NCBI GenBank assembly: GCA_048455095.1
Contig: DBFXIC010000233.1
Location: 1-40,357 of the forward strand
Source: Anaeromassilibacillus sp.
Lineage (GTDB): Bacteria; Bacillota; Clostridia; Oscillospirales; Acutalibacteraceae
Direction: 5' to 3'
Length of the DNA: 40,357 nucleotides
The notes under the pieces were generated by a model. That model worked only from the letters and a program-made list of their open reading frames with translations, did not search any database and was not told the origin of the DNA. The first letter of the stretch is position 1, and each line of letters begins with the position of its first letter. Position numbers and translations under genes: made by a program. This document shows, piece after piece, positions 9,121 to 17,538 of the stretch.

Positions 9121-9714
9121 ATGGACTATCAAGAAGAATTTGAAGAGATTTTCCGTAGCAAAATCGCGCGCCAGGGCAGCGCGGAGTTCCTGGACTGGCT
9201 GCAAAAAACCGATTTCTTTACCGCGCCGGCCAGCACCAAATTTCACTGTGCGTGTCCGAACGGGCTGGTACAGCACAGCGTGAGCGTCTACCGCACAATG
9301 ATGGACAAGCACTTTGACCCGGAGACGGACAGCGAGGAGAGTTTTGCCATTTGTGGCCTGCTGCACGACGTGTGCAAGGCGCAGTTCTATAAAGAGGGCA
9401 CGCGCAATGTCAAGAACGAACAGACCGGCGCGTGGGAGAAGAAAACGTATTATATGATCGAGGACAGCTTCCCCTATGGGCACGGGGAAAAATCGGTCTT
9501 TCTGATTGAGCGCTTTTTCCGTCTGAAGACGAGTGAGGCCATGGCCATCCGCTGGCATATGGGCGGCTTCGACGAGGCGGCGCGCGGCGGCAGCTTTGCA
9601 ATCAGCCAGGCGTACGACCGGTATCCCTTGGCGGTCAAGCTGCACTTGGCAGACCTGGAGAGCACCTACCTGCGGGAGAAAGGCACCTCCGTGGTGCGCA
9701 ATCAGCAGCGGTAA
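9121..9714 (+). CDS. HD-domain hydrolase, 197 aa
   Basis: FFTAPAS..FH, GL.QHS, LLHDVCK, GHGEKS, IRWHMG and LHLAD motifs; purine-rich SD upstream. Confidence 0.85.
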   Translation: MDYQEEFEEIFRSKIARQGSAEFLDWLQKTDFFTAPASTKFHCACPNGLVQHSVSVYRTMMDKHFDPETDSEESFAICGLLHDVCKAQFYKEGTRNVKNEQTGAWEKKTYYMIEDSFPYGHGEKSVFLIERFFRLKTSEAMAIRWHMGGFDEAARGGSFAISQAYDRYPLAVKLHLADLESTYLREKGTSVVRNQQR

Positions 9715-9730
9715 ACAGGAGGCGGAAAAG

Positions 9731-10420
9731 ATGCCGGACATTCTGGTGGTCGACGACGAAAAAGAGATTGCGGATCTTGTGGAACTCTACTTGAAGAACG
9801 AAGGATATACCCTATATAAATGTTATGATGGGGCGCAGGCCCTGGAACAGATCGCGGCGCGCCCATTCGACCTGGCAATTCTGGACGTAATGCTGCCGGA
9901 GACGAGCGGTTTTGCGCTCTGCCGCAAGATCCGGGAGAAATACACCTACCCGGTCATCATGTTGACTGCACGCACCGAGGATATGGACAAAATTACGGGC
10001 CTGACCATCGGCGCGGACGATTATGTGACAAAGCCGTTTAACCCTTTAGAGCTGGCCGCACGCGTCAAGGCACAGCTGCGCCGCTACACGCGTTACAACG
10101 CGGGTGCGGCCCCGGAACCGAATGTGATCGACTTCTCGGGGTTGGTCATCAATAAGGATACGCATGAATGTATGCTTTACGATCAGCCTGTAGACCTGAC
10201 GCCCACGGAGTTTTCCCTGCTGTGGATGCTGTGCAAAAACCGTGGAAAGGTGCTTTCCTCGGAGGAGCTCTTCGAGGGCGTCTGGGGGGAAAAATACCTG
10301 GACTCCAACAATACGGTAATGGTGCACATCCGCCGCCTGCGCGAGAAGTTGCACGAGCCCGCACGGAACCCGAAGTTTATCAAAACGGTTTGGGGGGTGG
10401 GGTATAAAATTGAAGGATAA
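9731..10420 (+). CDS. OmpR-family response regulator, VanR-like, 229 aa
   Basis: ILVVDDEKEIADLVELYLKNE, DKITGLTIGADDY.TKPF.PLEL.ARVKAQLRRY, SNNTVMVHIRRLREK, IKTVWGVGYKIE; matches the VanR sequence as I recall it; SD AGGAGG. Confidence 0.9.
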   Translation: MPDILVVDDEKEIADLVELYLKNEGYTLYKCYDGAQALEQIAARPFDLAILDVMLPETSGFALCRKIREKYTYPVIMLTARTEDMDKITGLTIGADDYVTKPFNPLELAARVKAQLRRYTRYNAGAAPEPNVIDFSGLVINKDTHECMLYDQPVDLTPTEFSLLWMLCKNRGKVLSSEELFEGVWGEKYLDSNNTVMVHIRRLREKLHEPARNPKFIKTVWGVGYKIEG

Positions 10421-11573
10421 ATATACGCGCCTGAAGCTCAAGCTGGTGCTGCAGCTGGCGGGTGTCACATTGCTGACCGCGCTTTTGGGCGTGATCCTGA
10501 TGTACGTAGTGGTGGATGGGATTTTTCAGGCGCCGTTTGCAGACATTTTCGTGGGCTTTTGCCGGGATATTCTGAAGATGGATCGGGACAGCGCGGAATA
10601 TCTGTATTGGAACCTCATCCAAAAGAATAAGACCTTTTTTGTCATGCTGGGTTTTTTGTTCCTGCTGTCGATCTCGGTCTACCTGTCCATGTCGCGTATT
10701 AGCCGGTATATGAACCTGATCAGCGCCGGTGTCGATGAGGTCCTGGACGATACCGGAAAGCCGATTTCCCTACCGCCGGAATTAAAGCCGATGGAAAACC
10801 GACTGAATACCATCAAGGACCGTCTGCGCAGGCGAGAGTACGAGGCGCGGGAGGCGGAGCAGCGCAAGAACGATCTGGTGGTCTATCTGGCGCATGATCT
10901 CAAAACACCGCTGACCTCCGTGATCGGGTATTTGAGCCTGCTCGACGAGGAGAAAGAGATTTCGCCGGAGCTTCGTGAGAAATACACGGGCATTGCGCGG
11001 GATAAGGCCGAGCGCTTGGAAGGACTGATTGAAGAGTTCTTTGAAATCACACGCTTTAATTTACAGGGTGCGGAACTGGAGCGGTCGCGCGTCAATCTGA
11101 CGCGCCTGTTGCACCAGCTCGCGGATGAGTTCTACCCGGTGTTTGCAGAGGGGAATCTTACATGTGGGCTGGATGTTCCACAGGGTCTGGAAGTCTTGGG
11201 GGATGCGGACAAGCTGGCGCGTGTGTTCGATAATCTTCTGCGCAACGCGGTGCATTACAGCCCCGTAGGCGCGGAGATTACGGTTGCGGCGCGCAGGGAA
11301 GGCTCTCAGGCGGTCGTTTATTTCCGCAATACGGGGACGCGCATTCCACAGCAGCAGCTGGAACGGATTTTCGAAAAATTTTACCGGCTCGATTCGGCGC
11401 GTTCCAGCCGGACGGGCGGCGCGGGCCTGGGGCTCGCCATCGCCAAAGAAATTGTGATGCTGCACGGGGGGACCATCTCCGCATCCAGCAGCGACGCATA
11501 TACGGAATTCCGGGTCGGCCTGCCCGCCGCGCCGGATGAAATGATTGATATAGAGAAGGAGAGACAATTGTGA
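10410..11573 (+). CDS. Sensor histidine kinase, VanS-like, 387 aa
   Basis: Two TM segments; EQRKND.V.YLAHDLKTPLTS.IGYLSLLDE H-box, EEFFEITR.NL, DKLARVF.N, IFEKFYRLD.ARSS.TGGAGLGLAIAKEI; TTG start overlapping the RR end. Confidence 0.9.
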   Translation: MKDKYTRLKLKLVLQLAGVTLLTALLGVILMYVVVDGIFQAPFADIFVGFCRDILKMDRDSAEYLYWNLIQKNKTFFVMLGFLFLLSISVYLSMSRISRYMNLISAGVDEVLDDTGKPISLPPELKPMENRLNTIKDRLRRREYEAREAEQRKNDLVVYLAHDLKTPLTSVIGYLSLLDEEKEISPELREKYTGIARDKAERLEGLIEEFFEITRFNLQGAELERSRVNLTRLLHQLADEFYPVFAEGNLTCGLDVPQGLEVLGDADKLARVFDNLLRNAVHYSPVGAEITVAARREGSQAVVYFRNTGTRIPQQQLERIFEKFYRLDSARSSRTGGAGLGLAIAKEIVMLHGGTISASSSDAYTEFRVGLPAAPDEMIDIEKERQL

Positions 11574-12610
11574 TACAGAATCGAACCATTGGGAAGACCG
11601 CTGCAGCGCTTCTGCTTGCCGCAGCGCTTCTTTTTTCCATAGTGGGCTGCGGCTCGCAGGGGCGCACAGAAGAGGGAATGATCGAACCCCAATCGAGCTC
11701 CTCCTCGGAGGTCTCCTCTGCGCCGGAACAGGATCTGCCTGTGGGCGTGATTGCGGAAACGGAGGATACCCTCACCTATGACGATATGCTTGCGGGGGAG
11801 GTTACCATTCAAAAACGTCCGCAGCGGGTGGTGGTGATGCTCAACGCGGCGATGGAGCTGTGGTACATGGCGGGCGGGACCGTCGTGGCCCGCATCGAGG
11901 GGGAGGACAACATCCCCGAGGCGGCGAAGGACCTGCCGACCATCGGCACCATGAGCACGCCGAGCGTGGAAAAGATCGTCAGCTATGAGCCGGACTTGGT
12001 GATCCTGGTCAACACGCTGACAAAGAACCGTGAGATTCAGCCCGCATTGCAGCAGGCGGGCGTGCCGAATATCTCTGTGCGCTATAAAGATTATCAGGAT
12101 TTCTGCGACCTCTTCGAGCTGTTTACCCATATCACGGACCAGCCGGAGAAACTGGGCGCGCTGGAAGACATTCAGAAGCAGGTGGACGCCGAGATTGAAA
12201 AGGTGCAGGGAAAGCCCGAACAAAAGGCCATGATCCTCTATGCCACCGCGAAGTATGTCAAGGCAGGCGTACAGGATAGCGTGATCGGCGACATGCTGAA
12301 CCGCCTCGGCGCGGTGAACATCATCGATGCGCAGGCGGCGAACGGCCAGTCCATGGTGGATTTCAGTATGGAGAAGGTGCTGGAGAGCAACCCGGACGTG
12401 CTGTTCATCCAGATGGCGAACGGCGGAAAGAAAGCGGAACAGAACGCGTTGGACGAGATCCAGAACAATCCCGCCTGGCAAGAGGTACGTGCCGTGCAGG
12501 AGGGCCGTATCTACACGGTGCCGCGCGAATACTCCACGTTGAAACCAAATGCGCGCTATCCGGAAGCGTTCGCCTACTTTGCGGAGAAGCTCTATGGCGA
12601 TGCGTCCTGA
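11570..12610 (+). CDS. ABC transporter substrate-binding lipoprotein (FepB/BtuF/Peripla_BP_2 type)
   Basis: Lipobox IVGC; PQRVVV, PSVEKIVSYEPDLV, SMEKVLESNPDVLF, W..VRAVQEGRIY; GTG start overlapping the HK stop, SD AAGGAG. Confidence 0.88.
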   Translation: MIQNRTIGKTAAALLLAAALLFSIVGCGSQGRTEEGMIEPQSSSSSEVSSAPEQDLPVGVIAETEDTLTYDDMLAGEVTIQKRPQRVVVMLNAAMELWYMAGGTVVARIEGEDNIPEAAKDLPTIGTMSTPSVEKIVSYEPDLVILVNTLTKNREIQPALQQAGVPNISVRYKDYQDFCDLFELFTHITDQPEKLGALEDIQKQVDAEIEKVQGKPEQKAMILYATAKYVKAGVQDSVIGDMLNRLGAVNIIDAQAANGQSMVDFSMEKVLESNPDVLFIQMANGGKKAEQNALDEIQNNPAWQEVRAVQEGRIYTVPREYSTLKPNARYPEAFAYFAEKLYGDAS

Positions 12611-13655
12611 AAACGGCCGCCGCACCGCGGCGCGCTGGACCGTCCTGGTCTTGCTGGCGTCGTTCTGCGCACTAGCCTTTTTCCTTAGTATCGGCGCGGG
12701 CGCGGTGAATATCTCCCTGCCGGACGTGTGGCGTGCCCTGTTTATCGACATGGACGGCGTGCAGAGGCAGATCGTATTTAATCTGCGCCTGCCGCGCGCC
12801 CTGTGCGGCGCGCTGGTAGGCGCGTGCCTCGCGGTTTCCGGCGTGTTGCTACAAGCCGTGATGCGCAACCCTCTGGCTTCGCCCAGTGTGATCGGCGTGT
12901 CGTCCGGCGCGGGTTTTTTCGGGATGTTGGCCATGGTGCTCTTTCCGGGAGATCTGTATGCCCTGATGCCACCCGCAGCGTTCTTCGGCGGATTGGTCAC
13001 CACGATGGCGATCTACCTGTTGGCGTGGCGCAACGGCGTCAATCCTACGAGGATGATTTTGGCCGGCGTGGCAACCTCGACCTTCCTGCGCGCGGGCGTG
13101 GATGCGCTGATGGTCTTTTTCCCGGACCAGCTGACCGGATTTGTCAGCTTTTCCGTGGGTGGGCTCTCCGGCGTGACGTGGCGGCACGTTTGGATGCTGG
13201 CCCCTTATGCGGCGGCGGGTCTGCTCCTTGCTGCGCTTTTTTCACAGCAGCTGAATGTGCTGTTGCTAGGCGACGAGGCGGCCACCGGATTGGGGCTGCA
13301 TGTGGAACGTACACGTTTGCTCGCGATCGCGGTGTCGGCCCTCCTGGCCGCATCCGCGGTAAGCGTAGCGGGCCTTTTGGGTTTTGTGGGGCTGATCGCC
13401 CCGCACCTCATCCGGATGCTGGTCGGTTCGGACGAGCGTTATCTGGTGCCGGGCGCTGCGCTGGGCGGCGCTGCGCTTGTGATGCTGTGCGATACGCTGG
13501 GACGCGTGGTAGCCCCACCCATCGAGGTGCCGGTGGGCATCATCCTGGCGATCCTGGGTGCGCCGTTTTTCCTGTATGTTTTGAGGGGGAGGTCGAAGCA
13601 CGATGTTGCAGGCAAAAAATATTTCCATCAGATACGGCGCAAAAACAGTGCTTGA
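12594..13655 (+). CDS. FecCD/BtuC-family ABC permease
   Basis: LRLPR, QAVMRNPLASPSVIGVSSGA, LGDEAATGLG, GFVGLIAPH, EVPVG...GAPFF. Confidence 0.92.
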   Translation: MAMRPENGRRTAARWTVLVLLASFCALAFFLSIGAGAVNISLPDVWRALFIDMDGVQRQIVFNLRLPRALCGALVGACLAVSGVLLQAVMRNPLASPSVIGVSSGAGFFGMLAMVLFPGDLYALMPPAAFFGGLVTTMAIYLLAWRNGVNPTRMILAGVATSTFLRAGVDALMVFFPDQLTGFVSFSVGGLSGVTWRHVWMLAPYAAAGLLLAALFSQQLNVLLLGDEAATGLGLHVERTRLLAIAVSALLAASAVSVAGLLGFVGLIAPHLIRMLVGSDERYLVPGAALGGAALVMLCDTLGRVVAPPIEVPVGIILAILGAPFFLYVLRGRSKHDVAGKKYFHQIRRKNSA

Positions 13656-14379
13656 ACATATCTCCCTCGACTTTGCGAAGGGGTCTTTGACGGCGATCAT
13701 CGGGCGGAACGGATGCGGAAAGTCCACTTTGCTCAAGGCGATGTCGCGCAGCCTGATCCCTGCGGAGGGGGACGTACTGCTCGACGGGCAGTCGATATTC
13801 CACCAGAATACAAAGAAGCTGGCCCGCCGGCTGGCGATTCTCTCGCAGGGGGTGCGGTCGCCAGAGGACTACACGGTGCGGCGGCTGGTCTGCTGCGGCA
13901 GGTACCCCTATGCGGGCTTCGGCGGCAGGCTATCCCAACGGGATTTTGAAGCAGTGGACCGCGCGATCGCCGATGTGGGGATTGTGCATCTGCAGGACCG
14001 GCCCGTCGAAACGCTCTCCGGTGGCGAACGCCAACGCGCATGGATTGCCATGCTGCTGGCACAGGAGCCGGAGGTCATGCTGCTGGACGAGCCGACCACA
14101 TTCCTGGACATCGGGTGCCAGTACGAGATTTTGCGCTTGGTGCGGGGACTGAACCGGGAAAAGGGCATTACCACCGTGATGGTGTTGCACGACCTGAATC
14201 AGGCGGCGCGCTATGCCGAACGCATCGTCGTCCTGCAGAAACACGGCGTCTATGCCGACGGTCGGCCGTCGGAAATCCTCACGCCGGAGCTGATCGCGTC
14301 GGTGTTCGGTGTGCAGGCGCGCGTCCTGCGGGACGAGGCGACCGGCGCACCGTATTATATCCCGGATGAGCATGAATAA
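13603..14379 (+). CDS. FepC/FhuC/BtuD-type ABC ATPase
   Basis: GRNGCGKST, LSGGERQRAWIA, LLDEPTTFLD, VLHDLNQAARY. Confidence 0.92.
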   Translation: MLQAKNISIRYGAKTVLEHISLDFAKGSLTAIIGRNGCGKSTLLKAMSRSLIPAEGDVLLDGQSIFHQNTKKLARRLAILSQGVRSPEDYTVRRLVCCGRYPYAGFGGRLSQRDFEAVDRAIADVGIVHLQDRPVETLSGGERQRAWIAMLLAQEPEVMLLDEPTTFLDIGCQYEILRLVRGLNREKGITTVMVLHDLNQAARYAERIVVLQKHGVYADGRPSEILTPELIASVFGVQARVLRDEATGAPYYIPDEHE

Positions 14380-14381
14380 GC

Positions 14382-14431
14382 GGAGCCGCCGCAGGCTGTG
14401 TCGATCAGCCTGCGGCGGCTCCCTGCGTTTT
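14382..14431 (+). terminator. Intrinsic terminator after the ABC importer
   Basis: 17-bp perfect stem ggagccgccgcaggctg / cagcctgcggcggctcc, then ctgcgtttt. Confidence 0.8.
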
Positions 14432-14589
14432 CTCAAGGGCAGCGGGGATACAGATGTTGACCACTGCAGAAAAACCTGTATTTGCATGGATCCCATTCAA
14501 CGCATGCAGGATGTAGATATAAAAGCATCGGAAAGGATATCAAAAGGATAAACTGGGCGAATAAGATCAGATCGAAGGGAGGGAAAAAG

Positions 14590-15291
14590 ATGGCCTATCA
14601 ACTCTTGATCGTGGAGGACGAACCGCGTATGCGGGAGATCATCGCGGACTATTTCGGAGCAAAGGGCTTCCTCGTGACAGGCGCGCAAAACGGCCTGGAA
14701 GCATTGGAACGATTGGAAGAAACGGCATTCGACATCGTTTTGCTGGATATCATGATGCCGGGTCTGGACGGCTTCTCCGTCTGCCGCAGAATCCGCAAGT
14801 CCAGCGGTGTGCCCATCATTTTTCTTACCGCGCGCAGCGACGAGGACGACAAGCTCTTTGGCTACGAGCTGGGCGCGGATGACTATGTGACAAAACCGTT
14901 TTCGTTGGCGGTACTCTGCGCCAAGTCCCTTTCGCTGGTCCGGCGGGCAAAGGGGCGTGTGTGCGGGGATGTGCTCTCCGCGGGCGGTATTTCGCTGGAT
15001 TACCAGACCCGCAGGGTGACTGCGGCCGGCGCGGAATGTGTCCTCGCGCCCAAGGAGTTCGAGCTTTTGGCAGTACTGATGGAAAACCGGAATGCAGTGC
15101 TCACGCGCGAGCAGCTCCTGATGAAGGTTTGGGGCTTTGACTACTTTGGCAATGACCGCGTGGTGGACAACCATATCAAAAAATTACGCGCCGCGCTGGG
15201 TTCGTGTGCCGGATGTATCAAAACCGTGATCAAGATTGGCTACTCCTTCGACACGAAAAAGGAGGGGGAGAGATGTACAGCAACGAAATGA
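14590..15291 (+). CDS. OmpR-family response regulator
   Basis: LLIVEDE, LLDIMMP, GADDYVTKPF, RVVDNHIKKLR; SD GGGAGGG. Confidence 0.92.
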   Translation: MAYQLLIVEDEPRMREIIADYFGAKGFLVTGAQNGLEALERLEETAFDIVLLDIMMPGLDGFSVCRRIRKSSGVPIIFLTARSDEDDKLFGYELGADDYVTKPFSLAVLCAKSLSLVRRAKGRVCGDVLSAGGISLDYQTRRVTAAGAECVLAPKEFELLAVLMENRNAVLTREQLLMKVWGFDYFGNDRVVDNHIKKLRAALGSCAGCIKTVIKIGYSFDTKKEGERCTATK

Positions 15292-17096
15292 CCGGGCTGC
15301 GCAGGAGTGTCTTTTACAAAACGGCGGTTGGATTCCTGGTGTTTACACTGCTGCTGATGCTGCTGATTACCTTCATCATGGGGAATACGAACCGCAGAAA
15401 CTTCGAAAACGCCGTCGGCCCGCAATGGAAGGCCCTTGCCGGGGCTGTCGGTCCTCTGGTGGACGGAAAAAAGCCGGAAGAGCTTACGGGGGAAGAAAAA
15501 GCGGCACTCAGCGGTCTGTTGGCGGATTTTGTCCAGGCGCTACAGTACCGGGATGCGCCAGCAGATGCGGTTCTCTGCTTTACGGACGGGGGCTCCACCC
15601 GTACAGTGCTGCACGCTGGGTTTGGTACGGCCTCGTTCCAGGATGAGGACGGGAAAGAAGTATACGTATTCTTCGATGAATATCTCTCAGCAGAGGACAT
15701 GTGGACCCTTTTGCATCAGGCGCAAAATCCGTGGTACGACCCGGAGGCGCGCAATGTTCTCTGGGGATACGAACAGAACGGGGAGATCATCCCGCAAAAG
15801 CTGGAGATCATCCAACAGGGGCGTGTTTACTGGCGCAAGGAGTTCCAGCCCCAGCGCGTGGTCGGTCTGGAACTGCGGGAATACCGCGACGTTATTTTCT
15901 ATATGCCGGATTTTGACGCTTACTGGTCTTATGGCGGTGTAAAGGCATTTCAGAGCAGCAGGGACAGGACGGCCCGGATGATCGAAGTGGGTTTGCCAGA
16001 GAAAGTTCATTCCGATTTCGCATATGGGATGGAGAAACCCGGGAAGCCGGACGGGGACGCATCTGCTGAACAGCCGTATACGCTGCTGTATGCCACGGAT
16101 TTCCATCCTTTTCTTCTTGCAGCGAAACAGTTGCTCTATGTCTATTTATTTGGAATCCTCGCTGCCGGATTCCTTTTGAATATTGTATCAGGGGAGCTTG
16201 CCCGGTATATCACGGAGCCGATCGAAGGACTAAGCCGTGCAGCGCTTAAGATGGCGTCCGGAGACCGGAATGTGGCCTATACTGTAGAAAAGGGCCGGAA
16301 GGATGAGATCGCAGAACTGGCCAACAGCCTGAATGCCATGTCCCGGAACCTAAATACGGCCATGGACCGGCTGCAGGGCGAGTACGACCGGCAGGTGGAG
16401 CGCGAAAAGCAGCGCAGAGAGCTGACCAGCGCCATTGCGCATGAGCTGAAAACGCCGCTCGGCATTATCCACGGCTACTGTGAGGGGCTGCAGGAGAACA
16501 TCCGGGAGGAAAAGCGCGATCACTATCTCGGAGTCATCCTCGACGAGACAGAGAAGATGGACGCTCTTGTGTTGGAAATGCTCGACCTCTCCAAGCTGGA
16601 ATCGGAGGCATACCGTCTGCGGGTGGAGTCGTTTTCCCTCGGGGAATTGGCGCGTGAGGAGGTGGAGCGCTACCGCCCGGCGGCACAACAGAAAGGTCTG
16701 CACCTGGAGGTGCGGACGGACGGGGACGGCGTGATGACGGCGGACAGGGGCCGCATTGCGCAGGTGGTCTCCAATTTCCTCTCCAATGCAGTGCGGCATA
16801 CGCCGGAGGGTGGCGCTGTTCAGGTGCATGTCACCCAGGAAAAAGGCCTCCTGCGCGTGGAGGTCGAAAACGAGGGGCCGCCCATCCCGGAGGAACAGAT
16901 TGACAAGATATGGAATGTGTTCTATAAGGGGGACGCGTCCCGGGAACGTGCAAAGGGCGGCACGGGGCTGGGGCTGGCCATCGCGCAGAATATTCTGGAG
17001 CTGCATGGGCTGGAGTACGGCGCGTGCAATACGGAAGGCGGTGTGTGCTTCTGGTTCTCCCAGAAGCAGCAGGAAAGCCCTTGTTCGAAAAGATGA
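15273..17096 (+). CDS. HAMP-containing sensor histidine kinase with a large extracellular domain, ~607 aa
   Basis: Two TM segments; KDEIAELA.SLN.M (HAMP), AHELKTPL, NFLSNA, GGTGLGLAI; SD GGAGG. Confidence 0.92.
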   Translation: MYSNEMTGLRRSVFYKTAVGFLVFTLLLMLLITFIMGNTNRRNFENAVGPQWKALAGAVGPLVDGKKPEELTGEEKAALSGLLADFVQALQYRDAPADAVLCFTDGGSTRTVLHAGFGTASFQDEDGKEVYVFFDEYLSAEDMWTLLHQAQNPWYDPEARNVLWGYEQNGEIIPQKLEIIQQGRVYWRKEFQPQRVVGLELREYRDVIFYMPDFDAYWSYGGVKAFQSSRDRTARMIEVGLPEKVHSDFAYGMEKPGKPDGDASAEQPYTLLYATDFHPFLLAAKQLLYVYLFGILAAGFLLNIVSGELARYITEPIEGLSRAALKMASGDRNVAYTVEKGRKDEIAELANSLNAMSRNLNTAMDRLQGEYDRQVEREKQRRELTSAIAHELKTPLGIIHGYCEGLQENIREEKRDHYLGVILDETEKMDALVLEMLDLSKLESEAYRLRVESFSLGELAREEVERYRPAAQQKGLHLEVRTDGDGVMTADRGRIAQVVSNFLSNAVRHTPEGGAVQVHVTQEKGLLRVEVENEGPPIPEEQIDKIWNVFYKGDASRERAKGGTGLGLAIAQNILELHGLEYGACNTEGGVCFWFSQKQQESPCSKR

Positions 17097-17250
17097 ATTT
17101 GCCTGGAGCAAGGAGAGGACATTCAGATATAGGAATCCGGTTGATTCATGGCGCCGGATCAATAACAGCGCAAAGTAAAATCAAGATCGATTTGGCAGAC
17201 TAAATGTTTCACTTTATAGAATCCGACTTTGGCGAAAATAAATAATCCCG

Positions 17251-17313
17251 CAGGCCAGGCGGCTTCCGTAACGCGGTACTACCGCGCGGCGGATGCCGTC
17301 TGTTTGTTTTTTG
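17251..17313 (+). terminator. Intrinsic terminator candidate after the second two-component system
   Basis: ggcggcttccg..cgcggt / accgcg..cggatgccgtc hairpin followed by tgtttgtttttt. Confidence 0.65.
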
Positions 17314-17385
17314 ATCGGACTTATTTCTCGATGAAAATATACAGTGAAGAAAGGCCTTTATGCAGAAAAAATAGCACAAAAATCA

Positions 17386-17414
17386 TGGACATGGATTGCT
17401 GAAATTTGTAAAAT
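17386..17414 (+). promoter_or_regulatory. Sigma-A promoter candidate for the GH84 gene
   Basis: TGGACA-17 bp-TAAAAT. Confidence 0.55.
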
Positions 17415-17538
17415 AGAAAAGTAAGGAAGACTTATGTCCCAAAGATGCAGCAGAAATTTTCTTTATCAGTCCTATAGAAAATTTGCATGCAGAATGGACC
17501 ATAAGGGAAGGAATCAGAAGAAAAAAGGAGGAGAAACC

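Noticed and set aside
11520..11570. Cobalamin riboswitch or Fur box ahead of the ABC importer
   Set aside because: There is no intergenic space because the binding-protein start overlaps the kinase stop, so the substrate cannot be assigned from the sequence
9731..11573. A vancomycin-resistance cluster
   Set aside because: Only regulator-like genes are present; no ligase, dehydrogenase/racemase or D,D-peptidase in the window
11381..13003. 540-aa minus-strand ORF; likewise 27477-28751, 29340-30722, 19744-20751 and 18799-19623
   Set aside because: They overlap well-supported plus-strand genes almost entirely; typical GC-rich antisense frames
13603..13655. 53-nt overlap of permease and ATPase read as a frameshift or pseudogene
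   Set aside because: Both proteins have complete motifs; a short C-terminal read-through is enough to explain it
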